A stretch of DNA of 64,000 nt from NCBI GenBank assembly GCA_963842525.1, contig CAWJGT010000034.1:160001-224000 (forward strand). Reading direction: 5' to 3'. Of this stretch, positions 10,035 to 19,969 are shown in pieces. The translations under genes were made by a program, and so were the position numbers. Numbering within the stretch: position 1 is the stretch's first letter; each line of letters opens with the position of its first letter. This DNA comes from an uncultured Holophagales bacterium. GTDB taxonomy: Bacteria > Acidobacteriota > Thermoanaerobaculia > Multivoradales > UBA5704. The notes below the pieces were generated by a model. The model had not been told where the DNA came from and ran no database searches. It worked only from the letters and a program-made list of their open reading frames with translations.

Positions 10035-11272
10035 CGGGTTGCACCTCCAGCTCTGCCCTGGGGGGGACAGATGCAATCGGATTGATCGCAGTCGTGGTGG
10101 ACCGCGTCCTCATAGCCCTGGGCGATGAGGTTGTCGATGTTCTCCAGGCTGAAGTCGAGGAGGGTGTCAGGCGCTCCCAGGCTCGTCTTCGGCCGGTAAC
10201 GGTGGATCTCCAGCGGGAGATAGGGCGGGCCCGCGGTTGCGGCGGAGCCCTTCTCCATCTTCTGCCGCGCCCGCGCGATGGGCATGGCGCTGCGCGGGGC
10301 CCCCGGGCCGAGCACCGCCAGCTCCTCGTTCACCGTGGCGGCGGTCCGGATGTCGCCGTTGATCTGCGCCGCGAGCAGGATGGTGTAGACGCGGCTGAAG
10401 GTGTCCAGCGTGTTCGGCAGCGGCGGGAACGGGATCTCGGAGGCCAGCGGATCGACGTAGATCACGTGCAGCACCTTGGCCCCGTCACGGATCGCCGGCC
10501 TGAGCGGCGTGTTCATGAGCAACCCGCCGTCGACGCAGATCGTGTTGTCCACCTCGACCGGAGGGAAGATGCCCGGGATGGCGGCCGAGGCCAGGATGGT
10601 GTCGGTCCCCAGCCGGTCGGTGACGTCGGCCTTGCGGAACACCTTGGTCTTGCCGTTGACCCAGTCGGAGGCCACGACGGACAGCGTGCTGGCCGAGGTC
10701 CGCAGGCGGCCCAGGTCGAGCGTGTCCGCCAGCAGCTCGTCAAGCGGCGAGCGCGAGAACAGGGCGGAGAGGTTGAAGGTCTCGAGCAGGCGGATACGCA
10801 CGGGCGCCTCCGAGGTGACGAGCTGCGTCCCGTAGGCGAGCGCATAGGCGCCCCAGAAGGCCGCGTCGCGTCCCATGTCGGCGAGGAGGGCGAGCGGCTT
10901 CTGGAGGCAGCCGGGATCGAGCAGCCGGCTGGGATCGCAACGCAGCCGGTAGACGCCGTTGCCGCAGCTCTGCGCGGTATCGGCGATGCGCCGGCACCAG
11001 ATCTCCTTGAGGTGTCCGATCGTGCCCGGCCCGGCCGCGTCCGCCTGCGCCAGGAAGGCGGCGTTGTAGGCTCCCACCGAGGTGCCGGTGAAGATCCGCA
11101 CCGTGAGCGGCCGGCCGCCGGTGATGGGCGAGGCTCCCTCGAACAACGCCTTCATGACGCCGACCTCGTAGGCGCCGCGGGCTCCCCCGCCCGAGAGGAC
11201 GAGGGCGTGCCGGGCGCCGTCTCCGCCGGCGGGAGGCGCGTTCGCGGCCGGCGAAGAGGCGGTCCTGATCAT
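10031..11272 (-). CDS. Patatin-like phospholipase (paralog)
   Basis: SGGGARG, GTSVG, ASAAIP, DGG. Confidence 0.92.
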   Translation of the reverse strand: MIRTASSPAANAPPAGGDGARHALVLSGGGARGAYEVGVMKALFEGASPITGGRPLTVRIFTGTSVGAYNAAFLAQADAAGPGTIGHLKEIWCRRIADTAQSCGNGVYRLRCDPSRLLDPGCLQKPLALLADMGRDAAFWGAYALAYGTQLVTSEAPVRIRLLETFNLSALFSRSPLDELLADTLDLGRLRTSASTLSVVASDWVNGKTKVFRKADVTDRLGTDTILASAAIPGIFPPVEVDNTICVDGGLLMNTPLRPAIRDGAKVLHVIYVDPLASEIPFPPLPNTLDTFSRVYTILLAAQINGDIRTAATVNEELAVLGPGAPRSAMPIARARQKMEKGSAATAGPPYLPLEIHRYRPKTSLGAPDTLLDFSLENIDNLIAQGYEDAVHHDCDQSDCICPPQGRAGGATR

Positions 11273-11288
11273 CTCGGTCTGTCGGCTC

Positions 11289-12851
11289 CTACGGATTGGG
11301 GTTGGTGTTCCCCGGGAGCGGCGTCAGCAGGTAGGGGAACGCCGAATCGAAATCGGTGGCCTGCACCAGGGACTGGTCGGTCAAGGGGGCGGCGCCGAAA
11401 GGAGCGTCCGCCGGAACGCACAGGCCGAAGGCCTGATAGCAGAGCGCGCCCTCGAGCACCCGCATGGTGATGTCGATCACGTCGTCGCCCGGACGCCGGC
11501 CGTTGGGCCAGCCGGCATTGTCGCCCCCCAGCACGCCGAGCCGGTTCTGCTGCACGGCGGGCACGGCAGTGGTGTTCGTGTTCAGGCGCAGCACCTCGGC
11601 GTTCGAGTTGTCCCGGTTGATCCCCTGCAGGCCGTTCAGGTAGAAGGCCACCAGGTCGTTGCGCGGGATGTTGGTCGGCGGCAGCACCGTCACGCCCGGG
11701 GCCGGCGGGAACAGCAGGCTGACGAGCTGGATGCCCACGGGCACCGTCGGCCGCTCGAAATAGATCTTGAAGAGCGTGTCGTCGTCCTCGGGATGGCTGG
11801 CGTTGAAAAGGTTTTTGTCCTTGAGCGCGATGTTGATCTCGTTGACCGCGGGGTTGCCCAGCCGCGAGACCTGGATGTACGGCCCCTTCTCCAGATAGGG
11901 CTTGTCGAACGTCGGATTGTCCACCAGCGTGCGGTCGCGGGGCAGGCTCGCCGTGGTCCAGCCGGAGATGATGCCGCTGCCGTTGCCGCCGGCCGTGAGG
12001 CAGGAGATCGGCACCTCGAGCTCGAGGGCGGTGATGTTCTTGTTGGCCAGGCTGTTGGGCACGGCCGCCGGGTCGCCGATCACATTGGGGATGTGGACGA
12101 GGTCGAAGAAGTCGCCGAGGTTGAAGACGAAGGGGTCCTTGCGCTGGCCGACGAACATCCGGCCCGTGCCGGTGCAATCGGGGATGTCGACGTCGTAGAG
12201 GTGGAGCGCCGCGTAGGCCTCGTAGTCCGGGAACGAGCGGGTCCCGATGTAGTCGAAGGGCATGCCGAACCGCTGTTGGCCGTTGTCGGCGTGGCTCAGG
12301 AACTTGAACGTCGTCGCCCCGGTGACCCGGCCGCGCAGCAGGCGCACCGTGTAGGTGCGGATCCAGTTGATGCGCTGGTTGAAGGGCGGCGCTCCCCCGA
12401 CGCCTGGCGGCGGCGAGCCCGGGCCGGCCGGGAAGACGTTGCTGATCGCCACCGGGACGAAGACCCCGGGCGGAATCGGGCCCAGCGGCACCGGCACGCC
12501 CAGCCCCACGTCGCCGTTGGACAGCGCATTGTTGAAGCGGAAGCGGAAGGTCAGGTCCTCCACCGCGTCGCCGTCGTTGTCGATGTGGATGTCGTAGGCG
12601 GCGTCCTCGCGCAGCGGATAGAAGTTGGGCGCTCCGAAGGGGTCCTGCATCGGGAAGTAGGTGGCGACCAGGGTGACGAAGCCCTGACGCCCGGCCTCGT
12701 AGCTGCGGAACATGTAGAAGTCGGCGCCATCGACCTGCGGCATCTCGAGAGAGCTCGGCGCTTCGCGATGGCTCGACGCCGCCGCGGGCAGGGCCATGAC
12801 GAGAGCGAGCAGGACGAGGACCGGGACGCAGGCACAGCGGGCTCGTTGCAT
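11289..12851 (-). CDS. DUF4331 domain secreted protein (paralog)
   Basis: ASSHREAP, FVGQRKDPF, QVSRLGNP, WPNGRRPGDDVID. Confidence 0.9.
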   Translation of the reverse strand: MQRARCACVPVLVLLALVMALPAAASSHREAPSSLEMPQVDGADFYMFRSYEAGRQGFVTLVATYFPMQDPFGAPNFYPLREDAAYDIHIDNDGDAVEDLTFRFRFNNALSNGDVGLGVPVPLGPIPPGVFVPVAISNVFPAGPGSPPPGVGGAPPFNQRINWIRTYTVRLLRGRVTGATTFKFLSHADNGQQRFGMPFDYIGTRSFPDYEAYAALHLYDVDIPDCTGTGRMFVGQRKDPFVFNLGDFFDLVHIPNVIGDPAAVPNSLANKNITALELEVPISCLTAGGNGSGIISGWTTASLPRDRTLVDNPTFDKPYLEKGPYIQVSRLGNPAVNEINIALKDKNLFNASHPEDDDTLFKIYFERPTVPVGIQLVSLLFPPAPGVTVLPPTNIPRNDLVAFYLNGLQGINRDNSNAEVLRLNTNTTAVPAVQQNRLGVLGGDNAGWPNGRRPGDDVIDITMRVLEGALCYQAFGLCVPADAPFGAAPLTDQSLVQATDFDSAFPYLLTPLPGNTNPNP

Positions 12852-12872
12852 GCTTTTTCCTCCCTTCCAGTT

Positions 12873-15800
12873 TCAAGGCAAGACGTCTTTTTGGATCGGC
12901 GGCTTGGTGTTGACGTTCGACGTGGCGCCTCCGTCGATCTGGATACCCACAAAGGAAGCGTTCCTGGCGGTGGAGATCTGGACCGTCACCGGCAGCGGGA
13001 AATCCTTTCCGTTCTTGCTCCAGATCCCATAGCCGGCGAAGGCGACGACGTCATAATCGCCTGCCCCGGCGCGGGACGTGAGCGGGTTGGCGAAGTGGAC
13101 CCAGGAGAGGCTGCGCAGCCGGAACTTGCCATTCTGGCTGTGGTTCTCGTATTCGAACGAAGCAGGCAGGCTCCCCGGGTCCGCCGGAATGTCATAGCTG
13201 TAGGAGAAGGAGTCGCCGCTGGAAGCGAGCACCTTGGTGGCGCTGCCTTTCTTCGCGAACTGCGGCGGCGCGGGATCGCCGTCCACGGCCTGGATCCAGA
13301 AGAAGGGGTCGAGCGACGAGCCCGGTCCGGCTGGAAAGCCCACCGCCAGGTTCGGCTGGGGGAAAAGGAAGCCCTCGGGATACGGGATGTGGACCTCGCC
13401 GCAAAAACGGTAGACGGTCTCGCCTCGTGGCGTCTTCTGGAAGCTCGCCGGACCGCGGAAGAGAAACGAGCTGCTCGGAGTGCGCGGCTCGACCCGCAGC
13501 AGGGCGAAGAAGACGTTCTGGCCGATGAAGCCGCGGTGGAGCTGCCCGCCGAGCACCTCGCCGGTGCGCACGTCGACCGCGCCGACGGCCAGGTCGAACG
13601 GATCGCTGACCAGGAAGACGTCGTCCAGATAGAAGGAGCGCCGCGGGAAGCGCAGGAACTCGTTGAACCCGAGCTGCCCGGTCGCGAGCTGGCCGGGGAA
13701 CCCCCCGGCGGAGAGGCCCTGCGAAATCGGTCCCGGCGGCTCCGGGGCGGGAGCCAGGAACCCGCCCGGAGGCATGCCGCTGACGTAGAACGGCACGGTG
13801 TTGCCCTCCCGCTCGCCGAACTGGACGTGCAGCCGCCCCATGAGCTGGGAGCGCCCTGTCCCGGTCCCGCCGAGGAACTCGCCAGTGAGGGTGAAATCGT
13901 CGCCGAAGCTCGTGTTGCGGGCGATGTAGGTGAATTCCCGGACCGTGTTGGTGGGGATCTCCGGCACGCCTTCCGGCGTCTCGATGGGCCCTTCCCGGGT
14001 GCTCAAAAAGATGTGCGGGTGGAGCGCCAGGCCGCGTGTCGGGATGCTCGCGAACTGCGGCATCTGGCCGGCAAGGCTGGCAAAGGGGAGCGGGAAGCGG
14101 ACCGGCTGCGCGCCGAAGACCTGTTGCAGGGGCAGGAAGGTGGTGCCGAAGAGCTCGAAATCGAGCTTGCCGTCCGCCCTCTGGGTGAACTGCGCCACGG
14201 CCGTGCCGTACTGGCCGGGAAAGCTGATGGGCACCCGCGGGAAGTTGGGGTTGACCAGCGCCAGGGCGAAGATCGCCGTATTGGCGAAGGCGAAGTTGAG
14301 GTTCGGCGTCGCGGCAGGAGGCTCGACGAGCTGGCCCGTGGTCAGGTCCAGCAACCCGGTGGAAACCATGCCGGGAAAATCCGTGACCTGCTGCTGCTTG
14401 CCCGGCAGCTTGAAGAACTGCGGCGCGGCGAGGATCCCGTCGTCGCCCTGCAGGCCGTCGAGCACCGAAAGCTCGAACTGGGTCACGTTGTTCACCGGCG
14501 GCGAGAAGCGGATGCGGACCTGCCCGCTGAGGTGGCTGTCCATCAGGGCCAGGCCGCCGAAGAGCACGCCGCCGCAGCCGCCCATCGCCGCATACCTGGG
14601 ATCCTGGCAGTCGACGGCGCGCAGGGCGTCGCCGAAATAGCTGCGCTCCTTGTTGAGCGGCAGGATTTGTTCCAGGCCGGGCGGCAGCTCGAGCGGCTTG
14701 GCGAGCGGCGGCTGGGGACACTGATCGACCGGCCGCCGGACGGCGGCGGACTTGGGCGCCACGGGGCTCGCCGCCGCTCCCCCGGTGGCGGAGGTGCCGA
14801 CCTGGGCCGGCTGGGCCGGCTGGGCCGGAGGAGGCGGCGGGAGCTGCCCGGCCGTCAGCTCAGGTCCCTCGGCGGGCTGGTAGAGGACGACCGGATCGCT
14901 CGCCGCCACCGGGCCGAGGTCGATCAGCGGGAAGGATGCGCCATAGACCTGGTTGAGGAGCTGCAGCGCCTCGTTGGCGATCAGGGCCTGTCCGGTCCGG
15001 CCCGGGTAGTAGCCGTTCAGCGTGTAGAGCCCGCCGAGGAAGCCCGCGGTCAGCCGCCGCGAGCCGGTGCCGGTGCCGACGCCCTCGGCGCGGACGCGGC
15101 GGAAGAGAGCGTGGAGGTCGCAGACGAACGCGCCTTGTTCCCGCGCCAGGTTGGCGAGCTCGGCGTTGATCTCGCGGATGCGGGCGCTGATCCGGCCGGC
15201 GGTCTCGCCGCTCAGCACGCTGCCTTGCGGCAGCGGACCGAGGCCCTGCGAGAGAAACTGGTAGCCGATCTCCACCAGCCCGCGGACGGTGATCAGGTCG
15301 TCCTCGTGCAGGCCGTAGACCTTGAGCAGGATCGCGGGCTCCAGCTTGACGACCTGCGCGGCCGCCGCGATGGAGGAGACGCAGGCGGTGTCCAGGGGAT
15401 CGGGGACGTTCATCACCAGGACCGCGGCGCCCGCCTCGCGCAGCGGCTTGAGCAGCCGGAGGTAGTCGGCGCGGCAGCGCGCGGCATCCGGCAGCCGGCG
15501 GGTGTCGCCGGTGACGACGGCCTCGATGGCCTCCGTGTAACCGAGGGCGACGAGCGCCAGGGTGGGCCTGCGCTGCAGTGCCCGCTGAAGCTGGGTGGGT
15601 AGCTCGCCTGCGGCGCCCTCCAGCATCTCCGGCATGCCCAGGATGAGGTTGGCGGCCGTCTGCCGGGCGTCGTCGCGGTGCACCAGCGGCGGTTGCGGAC
15701 GAAGCTTGAGCGCGTCGGCGATCCGGAAGCCCGGCACCGACAGGTTGCCCACCGCGGCCGGCGGTGGCCACGGCTCGAGGACCGTCGTCTGCATCAGCCC

Positions 15801-16463
15801 CGGAATCACGACCGGCAGCGGCGGGAAGCCCGGCAGATTGCCGATGCCCGGCTGCTGGAGGAGCGGCTGCACGAGATCGGTCTGCATCTGGCAGGCCATC
15901 TGCGCCGGGAAGCTCCAGCGCTGGAAGTCGTCCCAGAGCGCGAAGTCTCCGGCGCCGGCGGCGAGCCCCTCGCCGAGCACGACGAAGACGCCCCGGTCGA
16001 GCCGGCCGGCATCGACAGGCGTGCGCGGCGCGAGCGGCGCCGCGAGGGCCGCGGAGGAGGACATGGACACAGTGGAGCCCGGGGCGGCGGACTGCGGCGT
16101 CCCGGTCGCTCCCATCCCGGGCGGTCCGGCCGCGCCGCCTCCGGCCGCGCCCATCCCGGGCGCGGCGCCGAACATCATGTCGACGAGCCCCCTCTGCATG
16201 CGGTCCCCGGCCTGGAAGAGCGGGCGTAGCCCGTCGCCCAACTGCTCCCCGGTCGCCTGCGCGACCGCGTCGAGCGAGGCGACGGCCTTGTCGGGCGCGA
16301 GCGCGTTGCTCAGGCTCTTGACGCCGAACAGCGACATGGCCCAGGAGAACCCGAGCGTCGATTTCATCAGCTCGCGCAGAGCGCCGACCGGCCCCATGGC
16401 AGATCCGGGGCCCTGCCCGGGCGCGGGCTTGCCGCCCGGCCGGTCGCCTCCCTGTCCGTTCAT
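12873..16463 (-). CDS. Large multidomain protein: SFSWAM module + degenerate SGNH/GDSL domain + beta-rich C-terminal domains
   Basis: ATG 16463 overlaps upstream stop (ATGA); VVLGEGLAAG, NLSVPG, RPTLALVALG, GGLYTLNGYYP match SGNH blocks with catalytic substitutions. Confidence 0.8.
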   Translation of the reverse strand: MNGQGGDRPGGKPAPGQGPGSAMGPVGALRELMKSTLGFSWAMSLFGVKSLSNALAPDKAVASLDAVAQATGEQLGDGLRPLFQAGDRMQRGLVDMMFGAAPGMGAAGGGAAGPPGMGATGTPQSAAPGSTVSMSSSAALAAPLAPRTPVDAGRLDRGVFVVLGEGLAAGAGDFALWDDFQRWSFPAQMACQMQTDLVQPLLQQPGIGNLPGFPPLPVVIPGLMQTTVLEPWPPPAAVGNLSVPGFRIADALKLRPQPPLVHRDDARQTAANLILGMPEMLEGAAGELPTQLQRALQRRPTLALVALGYTEAIEAVVTGDTRRLPDAARCRADYLRLLKPLREAGAAVLVMNVPDPLDTACVSSIAAAAQVVKLEPAILLKVYGLHEDDLITVRGLVEIGYQFLSQGLGPLPQGSVLSGETAGRISARIREINAELANLAREQGAFVCDLHALFRRVRAEGVGTGTGSRRLTAGFLGGLYTLNGYYPGRTGQALIANEALQLLNQVYGASFPLIDLGPVAASDPVVLYQPAEGPELTAGQLPPPPPAQPAQPAQVGTSATGGAAASPVAPKSAAVRRPVDQCPQPPLAKPLELPPGLEQILPLNKERSYFGDALRAVDCQDPRYAAMGGCGGVLFGGLALMDSHLSGQVRIRFSPPVNNVTQFELSVLDGLQGDDGILAAPQFFKLPGKQQQVTDFPGMVSTGLLDLTTGQLVEPPAATPNLNFAFANTAIFALALVNPNFPRVPISFPGQYGTAVAQFTQRADGKLDFELFGTTFLPLQQVFGAQPVRFPLPFASLAGQMPQFASIPTRGLALHPHIFLSTREGPIETPEGVPEIPTNTVREFTYIARNTSFGDDFTLTGEFLGGTGTGRSQLMGRLHVQFGEREGNTVPFYVSGMPPGGFLAPAPEPPGPISQGLSAGGFPGQLATGQLGFNEFLRFPRRSFYLDDVFLVSDPFDLAVGAVDVRTGEVLGGQLHRGFIGQNVFFALLRVEPRTPSSSFLFRGPASFQKTPRGETVYRFCGEVHIPYPEGFLFPQPNLAVGFPAGPGSSLDPFFWIQAVDGDPAPPQFAKKGSATKVLASSGDSFSYSYDIPADPGSLPASFEYENHSQNGKFRLRSLSWVHFANPLTSRAGAGDYDVVAFAGYGIWSKNGKDFPLPVTVQISTARNASFVGIQIDGGATSNVNTKPPIQKDVLP

Positions 16464-17764
16464 GCGAAGCTCCTCCCGTGAAGGGCCCATTGCGGCAGCG
16501 CCTCGGTGTCGAGCCAGTCGGGGACCTGGCGCCAGGTCTCGAGCGAGCCGATCAGGGTCTGAAAGTGCTGCTGGAAGTGGGTGACGAGAAAGTCCCGTTC
16601 CAACTGTTTGAGGGAGATGCAGAAGTCCCGCGCCGCCAGGCCGCCGGTCAACAGGTTGGCCGCCGAGATGGAGAGCGTCACGGGGTCGAAGGTCAGGCCG
16701 CTGCCGGGCAGCCTGTCGAAGGCCCGTTTGACCGGCGCCAGGAGGTAGCGGGAGGTCCCCAGGGTCAGCAGGCTCGCCACCTGGTAGCCCCATTCGACGG
16801 GGTTGAGCGACACGTTGACGATCTGGGTGGGGCGGTTGACCACGAAGATCGCCTCCGCCTTGATCTTCCCCGCCGTGTCGACGGACCACTGGATGATCTC
16901 GATGGCGGCTTCGAACTCGCCGGGGCCGTAGGCGGGGCCAAAGCTGGGCGGCTTGGGGTTCTTGATGAAGGCGTAGCCGAAGCCGTAACGGCCCAGCAGG
17001 TCGGGCGTGGGCTCCTCCTCGTTGACCACGAAGTCGCGGTTCATGATGAGGTAGCTGCCCTCCTTGAGCGGCACGCTCAAGGAGGGGGTGCCGGGCCCGA
17101 ACGGCTGGATGGGCAGGTTGAAGTTGAAGATGTAGACGCGCGGCAGGATCCATTCGTATTTCGGCCCGATCTCGCGCAGGTCGACGATGGCGGAACGGTC
17201 GGTCTCCGGGAAGACGCCGATCCGGTCGCCGGCCGCCAGCTGGTAGAAGATCTGCCGGAAGCCGAAGCCCATGAGCTGGGGGTCCTCCTCCGGGCACCAG
17301 CTCAGGGGGCGCAGGAAGTCGGGGATGGGCTCGCGGTCGCTCGGCGGGATGAACGCCTCGGGCAGCCGGAAGCTGCTGACGCGCATGAAATAGCGCAGCA
17401 CGAACTCGCGGAGCTGATCGCGCATCCACTGCGCCGCGATGCCCTTGCTCGTGCCCGGCGACTTGGGCTGGTCGTAGAACATGGCCTGGTAGTTGCCCAT
17501 GATGGGCATCTGCCGGCCCCCCACCTCCGCGGTGTCGAAGAAGCCGAAGCTCTCCTCGTCATGCCGGTCGAATGTGGTCGTGAGCGGAAACCTCTGGGCG
17601 AAGCTCTTCGTGGCCCAGGCCTGGTCCCACCAGCGCTTGAGGTCGAGCCCCCGCCGCAGATAGGTCCCGGCGCTGGCCAGCGCCGCATCCTGCTCGCCGG
17701 TGGTCCCGAAGTCCGGCGAGGACCTCTCGGCGCCACCACCGCAGCAGCACGGGGAGCCGGTCAT
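16460..17764 (-). CDS. Hypothetical protein
   Basis: ATG 17764 in ATGA overlap; ordered, aromatic-rich sequence from MTGSPCCCGG. Confidence 0.75.
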   Translation of the reverse strand: MTGSPCCCGGGAERSSPDFGTTGEQDAALASAGTYLRRGLDLKRWWDQAWATKSFAQRFPLTTTFDRHDEESFGFFDTAEVGGRQMPIMGNYQAMFYDQPKSPGTSKGIAAQWMRDQLREFVLRYFMRVSSFRLPEAFIPPSDREPIPDFLRPLSWCPEEDPQLMGFGFRQIFYQLAAGDRIGVFPETDRSAIVDLREIGPKYEWILPRVYIFNFNLPIQPFGPGTPSLSVPLKEGSYLIMNRDFVVNEEEPTPDLLGRYGFGYAFIKNPKPPSFGPAYGPGEFEAAIEIIQWSVDTAGKIKAEAIFVVNRPTQIVNVSLNPVEWGYQVASLLTLGTSRYLLAPVKRAFDRLPGSGLTFDPVTLSISAANLLTGGLAARDFCISLKQLERDFLVTHFQQHFQTLIGSLETWRQVPDWLDTEALPQWALHGRSFA

Positions 17765-18666
17765 CGCGGCCTCCTGCGCGGCGGACCGGGGGGACGGTTG
17801 CCACGCCGCGGCCCGACGGGCGGTGCTCCTGCACCGGAGCCGCCCGGCGAGGGTGGCGCCTCCGCAACCGGCGGAGCCGCCTTGCGCGGAGGTCTCGGCC
17901 GGCGTGGGGGTACCGTGACGGCCGGAGTAGGCTCGGCAGTCGGCGCGACCACCGCGGGACCCGGGGCGGGCTCGTAGGCCGGCGGCGGTGCGATTGCCGC
18001 GACCGGCCCTCGGGCCGCAGACGGTTGTGGAGCAGGCGACAAGAGGAGCGGACGGCGGAGCCCGAGCAGAGCGTTCCGGATGCCCTCCAGGGAGTCGCTC
18101 TTGCCGCGGCCGCAGCCGCTTGAAGGCGTGCGCGGCCAACGCTTGAGCACCCCGTACGAGACCCGCAGGTACTTCTTGTCGGCATGCGTGATCTCGTTGC
18201 GGCGGTCCTGCGCCACGGCGGCCTGGTACTCGGGCGACTGCAGATACATGGCCACGATCCAGGTGGCGAAGCCCGCGGCGGTCATCGGGGTGGTCACCAG
18301 GATCACTCCCCCGGTGAGGACTTTTTCGTGGCACCGCCGGATGGAGACGAGGGCGTACTTCACGAGCTGGATCGCGTCGTCGTCGAGGTCTCGCGGCGAG
18401 AGGGTCCGGCTCTCCTGCCGCTCCACGACCACGACCGTGGTGCTGCTGGCCGCGGGCTGCTGCCAGGCAGCGGGCTGCCGGGGGGCGGGCACCGGGAAGG
18501 CGCCGGCGCTCGCCCCGGCTCCTGGCGCGGGAGGCAGCGCCGGCTGCGCCGGCGGTGACATGGCATTCCACGGAGAGCCCTGGTTGCCGGGCCGCGGACC
18601 GCCCAGCATAGTCAACATCTGACCCATCGTGGCATCGAAGAGCCGGCCGAACAGAGTCCAGATCAT
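17761..18666 (-). CDS. Hypothetical protein with 'FATW...KKYLRV' domain and Pro-rich tails
   Basis: ATGA overlaps at both ends; domain paralogous to 19970..20581. Confidence 0.75.
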   Translation of the reverse strand: MIWTLFGRLFDATMGQMLTMLGGPRPGNQGSPWNAMSPPAQPALPPAPGAGASAGAFPVPAPRQPAAWQQPAASSTTVVVVERQESRTLSPRDLDDDAIQLVKYALVSIRRCHEKVLTGGVILVTTPMTAAGFATWIVAMYLQSPEYQAAVAQDRRNEITHADKKYLRVSYGVLKRWPRTPSSGCGRGKSDSLEGIRNALLGLRRPLLLSPAPQPSAARGPVAAIAPPPAYEPAPGPAVVAPTAEPTPAVTVPPRRPRPPRKAAPPVAEAPPSPGGSGAGAPPVGPRRGNRPPGPPRRRPR

Positions 18667-19814
18667 GGCCTGGACACCCCCTTTCCCGGCGGGCAGCGAA
18701 ATAGCGGAGCCATCCCGCCGCTCTGCCGGAGTCGCGGATAGGTGTGCTGGAGCGCCTCCTCGCAAGGTGCCACGACGCGATCGCGCCAGAGCGCGGCCAG
18801 AGCACGGCCGTCCGGGCGATGCGCGAGGAAGGCGTCGAGATGGAAATCGAGCCCTACGATGTCATACCAGACGAGCACGGCCGAGGCGACGCCGTTCGAG
18901 AAAGCCTCGGCCGAGCCGATTTCTCCGTCATGGCGCCGCAGCACGCCGGCGAGGATCGCCGGGTGCCGGAGGTTGACCAGGGTGAGCGCCCAGGCCAGGC
19001 CCGCGGTGGCGTTGCGCCGGCCTGGCTCGTCGGGAGGCTCCCGCCAGGCCTTCTCGAACGCCCGCCCCAGGGCGCCGCTGTGAGGCACTGCATGGGTGGG
19101 TGCGAAATAGAGACCGCGGCCGGCGCCGTGCCAGAGATGCTCGGCGAGAACCGGATCGATCGACCCCAGCAGCTCGCCGAGCCCGGAGAGGAGATAGGGA
19201 TGGAGATTCCTGGCCACCAGCCCCAGCGCCTCGACCGCGATGCAGCCGTACCCGGGTCCGGCGTTCTCCTCCCACGACGCATGCCAGCGGGCGAGGCCCT
19301 CCGGGTTGCGTGCGCCGTCCGCCGCGAGCAGGCGGTCGGCGAAGCACAGGCCGGCTCCGGTGTGGAGCGGCAGGACGGCGCCCAGGGGCAGACCTTCCAG
19401 CCTGAGGTCCGCCAGGAGACGGCCTGGAGCCGCTGCCGCAGCCCAGGCGCTCCGGGCACGAGCGTAGCCGAGCCCTTCCACCGTCCACACCGCACGGTAG
19501 GGACCGAGCGCCGCGGCCCGCAGGACCTGCTCGGCCAACGGCCTCTCGCCGGCCGCCAGGTCCAGCCGTGCGTCCTGAAAGTGCTCGAACGCTTCGAGCT
19601 TGTTGGCGAGCTCGAGCCACTCGAGCCCCACCTCTCCCGGCAGCGCCGTCTGTGCCACCTTCGCCGACTCCTGCAGCAGCCGCAGGGCCGCTCCCAGAGT
19701 CTGCCGAGACGCGGCCTCCCCCAGCACCCCACCAAGCTGGCGGGCGCTGTGCACCATCAGCGAAGAGGACAGGTCCATCATCGGTTCGCCGGCCTCACCG
19801 AACGTACGGAGCAC
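18663..19814 (-). CDS. Hypothetical helical protein, remote DUF1702-like (paralog 1)
   Basis: WTVEGLG, LHTGAGL, LWHGAGRGLYF, GLAWALTLVN, FSNGVASA; start uncertain. Confidence 0.7.
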   Translation of the reverse strand: MLRTFGEAGEPMMDLSSSLMVHSARQLGGVLGEAASRQTLGAALRLLQESAKVAQTALPGEVGLEWLELANKLEAFEHFQDARLDLAAGERPLAEQVLRAAALGPYRAVWTVEGLGYARARSAWAAAAAPGRLLADLRLEGLPLGAVLPLHTGAGLCFADRLLAADGARNPEGLARWHASWEENAGPGYGCIAVEALGLVARNLHPYLLSGLGELLGSIDPVLAEHLWHGAGRGLYFAPTHAVPHSGALGRAFEKAWREPPDEPGRRNATAGLAWALTLVNLRHPAILAGVLRRHDGEIGSAEAFSNGVASAVLVWYDIVGLDFHLDAFLAHRPDGRALAALWRDRVVAPCEEALQHTYPRLRQSGGMAPLFRCPPGKGVSRP

Positions 19815-19969
19815 TCTCCACGCGATCGTTCATCCCTCCTTGCCACGGCGCGAGCCCACAGCACGGGACGAGACGCGTGTCCCCAGGGGCGCCCGGTGCG
19901 CGGCAGATGCGCGCCGCGCGCCCCTGTCGGACGACAGGAGGCTCCGGTCCAGCCGCAGCCGAAGCGGCG

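Noticed and set aside
11793-15602. Very long plus-strand ORFs (e.g. 1269 aa) and similar shadow ORFs across the window
   Set aside because: Antisense or alternate-frame ORFs typical of high-GC DNA, lying over genes with clear motifs
12873-18805. ORF-track starts at 17429 and 18805
   Set aside because: The extensions overlap real upstream genes; ATGA-coupled starts at 16463 and 17764 fit better
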